From NCBI GenBank assembly GCA_003151625.1, contig PLYC01000013.1, positions 93,210 to 157,209 of the forward strand: a stretch of 64,000 nucleotides of DNA, given 5' to 3'. The notes beneath the pieces are model-generated. The model made no database searches, was not told the origin of the DNA, and was given only the letters and a program-made list of their open reading frames with translations. Every line of letters starts with the position of its first letter. Position 1 is the stretch's first letter. This DNA comes from Candidatus Doudnabacteria bacterium (lineage in GTDB: Bacteria > Patescibacteriota > Doudnabacteria > UBA920). This document shows positions 33,901 through 42,466 of the stretch, piece after piece. Made by a program: the position numbers and the translations under genes.

Positions 33901-34602
33901 TTATTTCTTTTCTTCTTTTTTCTCTGACTTTTCTGCCTTTTCGGGTTTTGCACCGTCTTTGGCTTCGGCAACGGGTTTGTCTTCCGCCGCGCCTTCAACT
34001 TTGCTGACGTCTTCCACAACCGGCGCGGTTAATTCTGTTTCCACCTCTCTGGGCGGCTGGACTTTAACTATCATTTCATCGCCGGGTGTTATAATTTTAA
34101 CTTTGGCCGGAGCAATTAAGTCTTTAATGTGTATGGTCTCCTGTAAGGCTTGCAAGACATCCAGGCTGACCGGAATATTGTGGGGTAAATCCGCCGGCAA
34201 ACATTCTACTTCCACTTCATTTAATATTTTGACCAATACGCCGCCGAGCTGTTTTACCGCTTTGCTTTCGCCGGTAAATTCCAAAGCCACTTTGGCTTTG
34301 AGTTTTTCTGTCAGGCTTACCTGGTAAAAGTCCACGTGTGTCGGGACGCTGGTTAAATAGTGGCGTTGAAATTCGTGAATAAGTACCGGGTGGGTTTTAC
34401 CGTCATCGGTTATTAATTCCACAATTGTACTTTCCCCCGCTTTCCTTAAGAGTTTATCAAATTCCCTGGCATTAATAGAAAGAGATACTGTCGGAAGATT
34501 GTGTCCATACATAACAGCGGGTAACAGTCCAACTTTACGCATTTTTTGAGGATTTTCTTTTTTAACATCGCGAACCGATGCTTTGAGCTGTAGTTTTTCC
34601 AT
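33901..34602 (-). CDS. rplY: 50S ribosomal protein L25/general stress protein Ctc, with Lys/Glu-rich C-terminal tail
   Basis: MEKLQLKASVRDVKKENPQKMRKVGLLPAVMYGH. The track ORF extends to 34641. Probable start is the internal Met. Confidence 0.8.
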   Translation of the reverse strand: MEKLQLKASVRDVKKENPQKMRKVGLLPAVMYGHNLPTVSLSINAREFDKLLRKAGESTIVELITDDGKTHPVLIHEFQRHYLTSVPTHVDFYQVSLTEKLKAKVALEFTGESKAVKQLGGVLVKILNEVEVECLPADLPHNIPVSLDVLQALQETIHIKDLIAPAKVKIITPGDEMIVKVQPPREVETELTAPVVEDVSKVEGAAEDKPVAEAKDGAKPEKAEKSEKKEEKK

Positions 34603-34753
34603 TTTATTCCCTGTTCGGCTTTGCCCATCGGTTTTCATCATCGGATAATGATTACTCGCCTACTCACAAAACCTTAAAATTAAATCCTGATTATTCTAAC
34701 AAAAAACCCCTGCTTTGGCAAGGGTTAAAGTAAATTATGTTAAGTAGTGTGAT

Positions 34754-35197
34754 TTAACAGTTTGTTTTAGTTAGGCTGTTTTTGCTTGTAAGTGGATTCT
34801 GTGTAAAGCTGGCCACAAAATCGCCCTTAAAGCTTTTAAGTGCCTGGTGGATGCCGATGATTTCGTTAGTTTGAATGGGACCGAGTTTGTTGAACTTGGA
34901 GCTGTCCTGGCCGGTTAAGTCGGTAACCATGCCAACGCTAAAGACCTCGGGACCGCGAATTTCGACGTTGAACATTACCGAACTTTTGCATTTACTGCAG
35001 TCGGAGTGGATTAAAACCCTGGCTTCGCCGTAAAATTCGTCCTGCTCGCTTTCAATCACCCGGGTTTTATCCAGGTTATATTTAGCCCCGCAGATTGGGC
35101 ATTTAAGCATAATGCCGAGCCACTCTATAATTCTTTTGAAGTCAAAGTTTTTTCCGGCGGAGCCGGATCCCGCTCCGCGGGACATATCATTTCTCAT
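34754..35197 (-). CDS. hypothetical zinc-ribbon protein
   Basis: CPICGAKYN...CSKCKSS. Confidence 0.4.
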   Translation of the reverse strand: MRNDMSRGAGSGSAGKNFDFKRIIEWLGIMLKCPICGAKYNLDKTRVIESEQDEFYGEARVLIHSDCSKCKSSVMFNVEIRGPEVFSVGMVTDLTGQDSSKFNKLGPIQTNEIIGIHQALKSFKGDFVASFTQNPLTSKNSLTKTNC

Positions 35198-35221
35198 ATA
35201 CTTTTATGTTATCATAATTCT

Positions 35222-36322
35222 TTAAAACCGCAAAGCCTTGGATTGGACGGAGACGTTTTGCAGGACGCCAAGGAGCATTAAACAGACAATTAAAGAACTT
35301 CCTCCAGCCGAAACAAAAGGCAAAGGAATGCCAGTTACGGGCAAAAGGCCGATATTCATGCCAATATTAATTAACACATGGAAAAAGAAAAAGAAAAATA
35401 CGCCGCCGGCCAAATACATACCCAGGTCATCTTTGGCTTTTTGCATAATTTTAAGCAGCCTGAAAAGCAGAAAAAAATACAGGCATAACAGGCTGGCCGA
35501 GCCCAAAAAGCCAATTTCTTCACTGCTGGCCGCAAAGATAAAATCGGTTTGCCGTTCGGGTAAAAATTTACTTTGGCTTTCCACTCCTTTGCCCAGTCCC
35601 CTGCCTGTAAATTCTCCGCTACCCACGGCAATGGTTGCCTGGCGTACGTTGTAGCCGCGGCCATGCGGGTCGAGTCCCGGGTTTAAAAATACCTCAATGC
35701 GGCTTTTTTGAAAATCCTTTAAAACAAATTTCCAGGTAATGCCGGCAAAAACCAAAAAGGCTAAAAATAATATGGCTAAATATTTTTTCTTGATCGGGCT
35801 GATTAAAATAATTCCCAACCAAATACCGGAAATAATAAGCGCCGAACCCAAATCTGGTTCCAGCGCCACCAAAAAAGCCGGCACTAAGGCGTAAGCCAAT
35901 GACCAAAGAATGGTTTTGTAGGAATTAATTTGCCCGCGTTTTAAATATAGCAATCGCGCCAGACCTAAAATAACGGTAAACTTTATAAACTCCGCCGGCT
36001 GGAACCTGGTTATGCCAAAATCAACCCAGCGCCGGCCGCCGCGTATTAGCGAACCGAATACAGTTAGATATAAAAGTAATGAAACCAAGACGACGTAAAT
36101 AACGCGGTTAGTTTTGGCCAGCGCGTGATAATCAAAAAAACTCAAAAATAAAAAAGCCGCCAGGCCCATGCCCAAAAATATTAATTGACGATAAAATACC
36201 CCGGAGCTTCCGTCCGAGAGAGTGGTGGCGTACAAAGTCGCCAGCCCCGCCGCTACCAGCAGTAAGGTGCAAACCAACAGCGGGACATCAAAATATTTAA
36301 AACGGTTTAGAAAATTAAACAA
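35222..36322 (-). CDS. SEDS family peptidoglycan glycosyltransferase (FtsW/RodA)
   Basis: 10 TM. PFVSAGGSSLIV C-terminal motif. Confidence 0.85.
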   Translation of the reverse strand: MFNFLNRFKYFDVPLLVCTLLLVAAGLATLYATTLSDGSSGVFYRQLIFLGMGLAAFLFLSFFDYHALAKTNRVIYVVLVSLLLYLTVFGSLIRGGRRWVDFGITRFQPAEFIKFTVILGLARLLYLKRGQINSYKTILWSLAYALVPAFLVALEPDLGSALIISGIWLGIILISPIKKKYLAILFLAFLVFAGITWKFVLKDFQKSRIEVFLNPGLDPHGRGYNVRQATIAVGSGEFTGRGLGKGVESQSKFLPERQTDFIFAASSEEIGFLGSASLLCLYFFLLFRLLKIMQKAKDDLGMYLAGGVFFFFFFHVLINIGMNIGLLPVTGIPLPFVSAGGSSLIVCLMLLGVLQNVSVQSKALRF

Positions 36323-36373
36323 GGTTTTATCCTTTATCTTTTACCCGCGTGAATGATGAAGGATTAAGGGTAA

Positions 36374-37249
36374 TTATTGCTTGCCCGCGGAAGGGTGGCT
36401 AAGGTCAGAGGAGGAGTTAGTTTGGATAGTTGGAGCGGAAAGGTCGGTTGAGTCTAAGGTGTCGGTATCGGCGGTTACATCTACGCGGTTTAAACTCGGC
36501 GCGACTAAGTTGGGCCACAGCTGTTTATAAGCTCGGCGCTCAAACGGGGCGACCGTAAATTCGTCGCGCTGGCTGACGCCGATAATTTTATTATCTTGAT
36601 CAAATAACACCAGAGTTAATCGGACTTTGCTAATGGTATAAGGACTGTTGTTTAAAAAATCTCCTTGCGCCACAAATGCCAAAGGCGAGGTCTGCTCAAA
36701 TGTTTGTGGCAAAGATGTAGAGAAACTTACCGTAGGAATGGACAGTCTTTTTTGCCAAGGCAGAGTTTGAGGCAAATTAAAATCGGCATAGGAAATTTGT
36801 CCGCTCGGCGAGAAGGTTGGAGCCGTTATGTATTTGGTCTGGTTCGGGAGCAAAAAAAGTTTGTCCTGGTACTGGTAGATTTGTTGCTTTTGGGCATTGT
36901 AAAAAGTAAATGAAAAAGGCACGTTGTCCAAAGACAAATCCAAATTTTGGTTGCTAATTTGCACAACCGCGCCAAAGTCTTCGGGGCCTGAAGTGGTTAA
37001 AGTCACCAGCGAAATTTTTGGCGCCTGCGGGTTGGTAAAACTCGGCTTGGCCATTATGGCTCCCTGTTGGTAGCGAGCCAGCCAAGTTTTTTGCGACATG
37101 CTTTTGGAAATATAATAAGCCGGAATAATTGCCAAAAAAGCTATTACAACAACCCAAATAAGAGCCGGCGGGAATTGGGTTAAGTTTTTTTGAGCAAAAA
37201 GTTCAGCCTCCTGAATTTCCAGCTCAACTTTGTCTTTAAAAAGGGACAT
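36374..37249 (-). CDS. hypothetical membrane-anchored protein
   Basis: N-terminal TM. 291 aa. Confidence 0.5.
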   Translation of the reverse strand: MSLFKDKVELEIQEAELFAQKNLTQFPPALIWVVVIAFLAIIPAYYISKSMSQKTWLARYQQGAIMAKPSFTNPQAPKISLVTLTTSGPEDFGAVVQISNQNLDLSLDNVPFSFTFYNAQKQQIYQYQDKLFLLPNQTKYITAPTFSPSGQISYADFNLPQTLPWQKRLSIPTVSFSTSLPQTFEQTSPLAFVAQGDFLNNSPYTISKVRLTLVLFDQDNKIIGVSQRDEFTVAPFERRAYKQLWPNLVAPSLNRVDVTADTDTLDSTDLSAPTIQTNSSSDLSHPSAGKQ

Positions 37250-37324
37250 TTTTGTTTAATTTGTTTAGATTTTTATGTTAATTTTAGTATAGCAAAGTTT
37301 GGGGTTTTTTGGTATTCTGTATGT

Positions 37325-37417
37325 AGAAGCGAAAGAGACGCGAAGACTGCAGCGCGAAAATAGACGCGAATTCGCGTACTGTTCGCTTGTGTCCGATTCG
37401 CGTTTGTATTCGCTTCT
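37325..37417. promoter_or_regulatory. 93-bp imperfect dyad made of 4+4 inverted (A/G)CGCGAA hexamers at ~12-bp spacing, ending 6 bp before the dnaE ATG
   Basis: agaagcgaa..acgcgaa..gcgcgaa..acgcgaa|ttcgcgt..ttcgct..ttcgcgt..ttcgcttct. Confidence 0.45.
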
Positions 37418-37422
37418 ATATT

Positions 37423-40400
37423 ATGACCTTTACCCATCTCCACTGCCATTCCCATTACTCCTTGCTGGACGGCCTTTCCAAGACCGAGCCGCTTATTGAG
37501 CGCGCCAAAGAGCTGGGAATGGACGCCTTGGCCGTGACCGACCACGGCGTTATGTACGGCACAATAGAATTTTACAACAAGTGCCGGGAGGTTGGGGTTA
37601 AACCGATTATCGGCCTGGAAGCATACATCGCGCCGCGGGGTATGGACGAAAAAGAAGGAAAAATAGACGCGGATTACCACCATTTAATTTTGCTCGCGCA
37701 AAATGATGCCGGGTATAAAAATTTAATTAAATTGACGACCGAGGCGCACCTGCGGGGTTTTTACTATAAGCCGCGGATAGATCTGGAGTTATTAACCAAG
37801 CACAGCGAAGGTTTGGTTTGCCTTACCGGATGCCAGCGCGGGGAAATTGCCCGCGCGGTAACAAACAAATCCGAAGACGAGGCGCAAAAAGTTTTGGAAA
37901 AATATCTGGCTATTTTTACTCACGAGCGGTTGTTCGTGGAAATCCAAAGAAACAGCAGAGTGAGAAATTCAAAAGAAGATGAGCTTAATCAAAAACTGAT
38001 TAAGCTGGCCAAAAAAAATAATTTAAACGTAGTTGCCACCGCCGACTGCCACTATATATACCCGGAGGACGCGGAAGCCCAGGATATTTTGGTGTGCATT
38101 GGCACCGGACGCACGGTTAATGACATAGATCGTCTGGATATGCGTAGCCACGATCTTTCTTTAAAATCCGCAGAGCAAATGATGGAACTTTTTGCCGATA
38201 TTCCGGAAGCCGTGGAAAATACGCAAAAAGTTGTAGACTTGTGCAATTTGGAAATTTTAATTGACCAGCGCTATTTCCCAAAGGTAAAAATCCCCGAAGG
38301 CTTGACCTCGGAACAATATTTAATAAATACGACTTACGAAAAGGCTTTGCCGCTTTACGGCAAAGACGGAGCCATCCCTGAGGAAATAAAAAAACGCATA
38401 GATTATGAACTGAATATTATTTGCAAAAAAGGTTTTGACACCTATTTTTTAATGGTGGCCGACGTGGTTCAGGGCGCGCATAAAACTGGCGCCATTACCA
38501 ACACCAGAGGCAGTGCGGCCGGTTCCATTGTGGGAAAAATTTTGGGAATAACGAATGTCGATCCCTTGTATTACGAACTGCCCTTTGAGCGTTTTTTAAC
38601 TATGCATCGCCCAACCCCGCCCGATATTGACCTAGATATTGCCGACAACCGGCGCGATGAGGCCATAGAATATATTACCGAACATTACGGCAAAGACAAA
38701 GTCGCGCAAATTATAACTTTTGGAACAATGGCTGCCAGGGCTGCAGTACGCGATGCCGGTCGCGCCTTGGCTGTTCCGTATTCAAAATGCGATCAAATTG
38801 CCAAAATGATTCCCATTGGCAAACAGGGTTTCCAAATGACACTGGATAAAGCTTTGGAAAAAAGTCCGGAACTGAAAGAAATTTATGAACGTGATCCCGA
38901 GACCCGCCATGTTCTGGAAATTGCCAAAAAATTGGAAGGCTGCGCCCGCCATGCCTCTATGCACGCGGCCGGGATTGTTATTACCCCAACTCCGCTGACC
39001 GACTATATGCCGCTCCAAAAAGAACCGGACGGCGAAAGAATTATTACGCAGTACGACATGTACGCGCTGGACGTTAACGCCAACGGCAAAGCTTTGGGCG
39101 TGGTTAAGCTCGACCTTTTGGGAATTCGCAATTTATCGATTTTGGAATCTGCCGTAAAAACCGCTGAAAAGCGGCACGGAGTCAAGATTGACATTTATAA
39201 TCTCCTCCACCCCGATCCAAAAACATTTAAGTTACTTTCAGAAGGCCTGACTTTCGGCGTTTTCCAGCTGGGGTCTTCCGGCATGACCCGCTATTTGCGG
39301 GAGTTGGAGCCTTCCACAATTTTTGACATTATGGCCATGATAGCCCTATACCGCCCGGGCCCAATGCAATTTATCCCCGACTATATTGCGCGCAAGCACG
39401 ACAAAAGCCTGATAAAATATTTTGACTCGGCTCTGGAGAAAATTTTGCACCGCACTTACGGGATTTTAGTTTACCAGGACGATTTGTTGACCATCGCGCA
39501 CGACTTGGCCGGCTATACCTGGGAAGAAGTGGACAAGTTCCGCAAAGCCGTGGGTAAAAAAATTCCCGAGGATATGGCCAAGCAAAAAATTAAATTTGTC
39601 CAGGGTTGCCAGGATACCAGTAAGTGGTCTTACCAAAAAGCCGAGCAAATTTGGACGTGGATTGAGCCGTTCGCGGCTTACGGTTTTAACAAAGCGCACT
39701 CCGCCTCCTATTCCGTGGTTTCCTACCAGACCGCCTATATGAAGGCGAATTTTCCCGTGGAATTTATGGCCGCGTTTATGACCGCCGAGTCCGGCGATGA
39801 AGACAAAATTTATGAAGCCGTGGAAGACTGCGAACAGATGGGAATTAAAGTTTTGCCCCCGGACGTTAACGAAAGCTTAGGTGATTTTACAGTAGTCGAC
39901 GAAAAAACTATTCGGTTTGGCTTGAACGCGATTAAGAATTTAGGGAGTGATGTAATAGAGAAGATTATAGATTTAAGATTAAAGATTGAAGAAGACGCAA
40001 GTTTGGATTCCGGCCTTAATCTTAAATCTTCCAACTTAAATCTTTTTAACTCTCTAGAGGACTTCCTTCTAAAATCCCACACCAAAAATCTCAACAAAAA
40101 ATCCTGGGAAGCTTTGGTCAAAGCGGGTGCTCTGGATACTTTTGGCGAACGCGGCCAATTGTTGAATAACACAGAAGAAGTTTTGGACTTTGTGCGGCAG
40201 CATTTTAAAAATGAAGCCAGCGGCCAAAATTCGCTGTTTGGAAAATCGGTTGATGCCGGAAAAATAAAACTTCGCCCGTCCCAGCCGGCCACCAAAGAGG
40301 AAAAACTGCTTTGGGAAAAGGAACATTTGGGCATGTATGTTTCCGCACACCCGCTTGACGTTTACAGTAAAGTACTTTCCACGCTTAGAACAGTAAAAAG

Positions 40401-40932
40401 TTTGTCGCTCGATGAGCTTGGGGCGAACGTGGTTATGGGTGGAATAATTTCGCGGCTAAAAAAAACCTTAACGCGTAAAAACGATCCCATGGCATTTTTT
40501 ACCTTGGAAGATATGACCGGCAGTATTGAAGTTTTGGTTTTTCCAAAAGTTATGGAAAAAAGCCTGCCATTTTTAACCGACGACAGGATTGTGCAGGTTA
40601 TTGGGAGACTTTCCGATAAAGATGAGGAATTTAAATTAATTGCCGATGAAATAAAAGAACTGCCGAGCGACGATTTGTACAATATGGCGCTTTCGGAAAT
40701 GGAAAGAAGCAAGCAGGTGGTTATTCACATGCAAAGCCTGGCAAATATGGAAGCTTTAAACAAGATTAAAGATATTTTGCAAAAACATCCGGGCAATGTC
40801 CAAGTGTTTCTCTCGGTCGGCTCCGGCCGCCTCGCCAAAAAAATAAAAACCCAAAGCCAGGTGGCGATGAGTAATGAGCTAATGGCGGAGCTGAGGTCGG
40901 TTTCAGAGATTGCTATGGTGGATACGAATTAG
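37423..40932 (+). CDS. dnaE: DNA polymerase III alpha subunit
   Basis: N-terminal PHP MTFTHLHCHSHYSLLDG. ~1170 aa. Confidence 0.95.
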   Translation: MTFTHLHCHSHYSLLDGLSKTEPLIERAKELGMDALAVTDHGVMYGTIEFYNKCREVGVKPIIGLEAYIAPRGMDEKEGKIDADYHHLILLAQNDAGYKNLIKLTTEAHLRGFYYKPRIDLELLTKHSEGLVCLTGCQRGEIARAVTNKSEDEAQKVLEKYLAIFTHERLFVEIQRNSRVRNSKEDELNQKLIKLAKKNNLNVVATADCHYIYPEDAEAQDILVCIGTGRTVNDIDRLDMRSHDLSLKSAEQMMELFADIPEAVENTQKVVDLCNLEILIDQRYFPKVKIPEGLTSEQYLINTTYEKALPLYGKDGAIPEEIKKRIDYELNIICKKGFDTYFLMVADVVQGAHKTGAITNTRGSAAGSIVGKILGITNVDPLYYELPFERFLTMHRPTPPDIDLDIADNRRDEAIEYITEHYGKDKVAQIITFGTMAARAAVRDAGRALAVPYSKCDQIAKMIPIGKQGFQMTLDKALEKSPELKEIYERDPETRHVLEIAKKLEGCARHASMHAAGIVITPTPLTDYMPLQKEPDGERIITQYDMYALDVNANGKALGVVKLDLLGIRNLSILESAVKTAEKRHGVKIDIYNLLHPDPKTFKLLSEGLTFGVFQLGSSGMTRYLRELEPSTIFDIMAMIALYRPGPMQFIPDYIARKHDKSLIKYFDSALEKILHRTYGILVYQDDLLTIAHDLAGYTWEEVDKFRKAVGKKIPEDMAKQKIKFVQGCQDTSKWSYQKAEQIWTWIEPFAAYGFNKAHSASYSVVSYQTAYMKANFPVEFMAAFMTAESGDEDKIYEAVEDCEQMGIKVLPPDVNESLGDFTVVDEKTIRFGLNAIKNLGSDVIEKIIDLRLKIEEDASLDSGLNLKSSNLNLFNSLEDFLLKSHTKNLNKKSWEALVKAGALDTFGERGQLLNNTEEVLDFVRQHFKNEASGQNSLFGKSVDAGKIKLRPSQPATKEEKLLWEKEHLGMYVSAHPLDVYSKVLSTLRTVKSLSLDELGANVVMGGIISRLKKTLTRKNDPMAFFTLEDMTGSIEVLVFPKVMEKSLPFLTDDRIVQVIGRLSDKDEEFKLIADEIKELPSDDLYNMALSEMERSKQVVIHMQSLANMEALNKIKDILQKHPGNVQVFLSVGSGRLAKKIKTQSQVAMSNELMAELRSVSEIAMVDTN

Positions 40933-41389
40933 TTTGTAGTTGGTAGTTGGTAGTTTGTAGCCAAACAGCGGATGTAGCGGCGGCCACTGGCCGCCGTTTA
41001 TGTCACGTTGCGATCTGTCAGTATATAAAAAAGTTCAACGCGGGCTCCAGAGAAAAGACAATCTCTGAAGTCCGCGTTATTGAATACCGCCGCGAGGGGC
41101 GGCTGGGGTTGTGGGTCGCGCCGCGCCGGGAATCTGGCGGGCGGGTTGCGCTGAATGGGATCTGCTGCTCGCTAGCCGTCGTTGGCATGGGTGATAACCC
41201 ATCTTAGGGCTATCCCAAGAAGCAGAAAGGAGACAGCGAGGATTGTCCAATCTTTTGGCGTGAGATGGGTGAGGTCTTCCCAGAAGTCCCGCATGGGAAT
41301 CTGTTCCTCGATCAGGAGCGCTATAGGGAGGATCATTGCATATCTCCAGTTGGCCTGCCACCATGTCTTCGGTGGCAGGGATTGAGAAG

Positions 41390-41674
41390 CTACGGCTTCG
41401 TCTGACTGCTGGGGGCATTCGCTTGGCGAAGCGCCGCCGTCAGATCGCTGTCGGCGCTGGTGTGCTTTTTGCTCCACCAATAGCTTGCGGCGAAGCCCAG
41501 GACTACAAACAAAAATGCGGCCACGATCACGTAAAACGGGTTTCCTATGATGGTTTGCATTTTCTCTCCAGTGTGGTAAATTCGCAAACAAACCGCTGGT
41601 TCACCCTTGTTGGTAAATCCTCCTGCGGTTTGTTTCGCTAGGCTCAAAATAGCACTACCGTGCCTTGGCGTCAA
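41390..41674 (-). CDS. small membrane protein in a GC-rich atypical segment (possibly frameshifted with 41172-41591)
   Basis: MQTIIGNPFYVIVAAFLFVVLGFAASYWW TM helix. The local GC content looks far above the flanking sequence. Confidence 0.3.
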   Translation of the reverse strand: MTPRHGSAILSLAKQTAGGFTNKGEPAVCLRIYHTGEKMQTIIGNPFYVIVAAFLFVVLGFAASYWWSKKHTSADSDLTAALRQANAPSSQTKP

Positions 41675-42018
41675 TGCCTTAAAAAATGACCTCGGATACG
41701 GGCTTTGGATTTGTCGTAAATATGACGAACAGTAGTGCTAAATTTAGGGTGTGGAAAACATTCTTGTCAGAGTTTTATTGGTATGTTATAGTAATTTCAG
41801 TTCATCAAGCGTTGATCCGAACAACCAATTCGGGGAGTTTGAAACAAATTGTAATAAATCTGTTATGTTCTAGAGCCATAACGGATGAAAAGTTTTCTGA
41901 TGCTAAACATCAGGAAAATTCTGGGACGGAAACGTCCTGCGCAGCAGGGCCCCAGGATTGGGTTATCAAATTTTGATAGCTTAATCTTGGGGCTTTTACG
42001 TATTTTAAAGTCCCATTA

Positions 42019-42454
42019 GTGTGTCATCCCGACCGAGTCGAATGCATCTGAGGCGAGTGGAGGAATCCCTTATCTTTTGTTTATGCAAGACAGGCAGTAT
42101 TTTGTATACATAATGGCCAGCCATAGCGGAACTTTATATATTGGAGTTACTAGTGACTTGTATAAAAGAGTTTATCAGCACAAAAATAATTTAATTGAAG
42201 GTTTTACCAAGAAGTATGAGTGCCATAAGTTAATTTATTTTGAAGATACTTCAGATGTCGAAGGTGCAATTTTAAGAGAAAAGCAACTAAAGAACTGGAA
42301 CAGAAAGAAGAAAGAATTTTTAATTAAAACAAAAAATCCAAGTTGGAAAGATTTAAGCTTAGATTGGAAATAGCTAATATTTAAGGGATCCCCCACTCCC
42401 CCTCGACTCGTCACCCAAAGGGTGACTCGCCCGGGGTAGGTCGGGATGACACAC
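42019..42454. mobile_element. 436-bp element with perfect 16-bp TIRs carrying a GIY-YIG nuclease gene, inserted 12 bp upstream of thrS
   Basis: gtgtgtcatcccgacc ... ggtcgggatgacacac. Subterminal ...gaggaatccc resembles the miniature elements. Confidence 0.6.
42077..42373 (+). CDS. GIY-YIG nuclease family protein (~98 aa)
   Basis: YFVYIMASHSGTLYIGVTSDLYKRVYQH. Confidence 0.8.
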   Translation: MFMQDRQYFVYIMASHSGTLYIGVTSDLYKRVYQHKNNLIEGFTKKYECHKLIYFEDTSDVEGAILREKQLKNWNRKKKEFLIKTKNPSWKDLSLDWK

Positions 42455-42466
42455 TAAAGGAAATTT

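Noticed and set aside
33792-34019. Lys-rich 75-aa ORF overlapping the rplY 3' end
   Set aside because: It is the alternate-frame shadow of the Lys/Glu-rich L25 tail coding region.
39810-40712. Minus-strand ORFs inside dnaE (39810-40334, 40069-40350, 40362-40712)
   Set aside because: Serine/leucine-rich translations antisense to a conserved essential gene. Spurious.
40947-40980. Short tandem tagttggtagttggtagtttgtag after dnaE as a microsatellite
   Set aside because: Only ~3 imperfect units. Likely chance.
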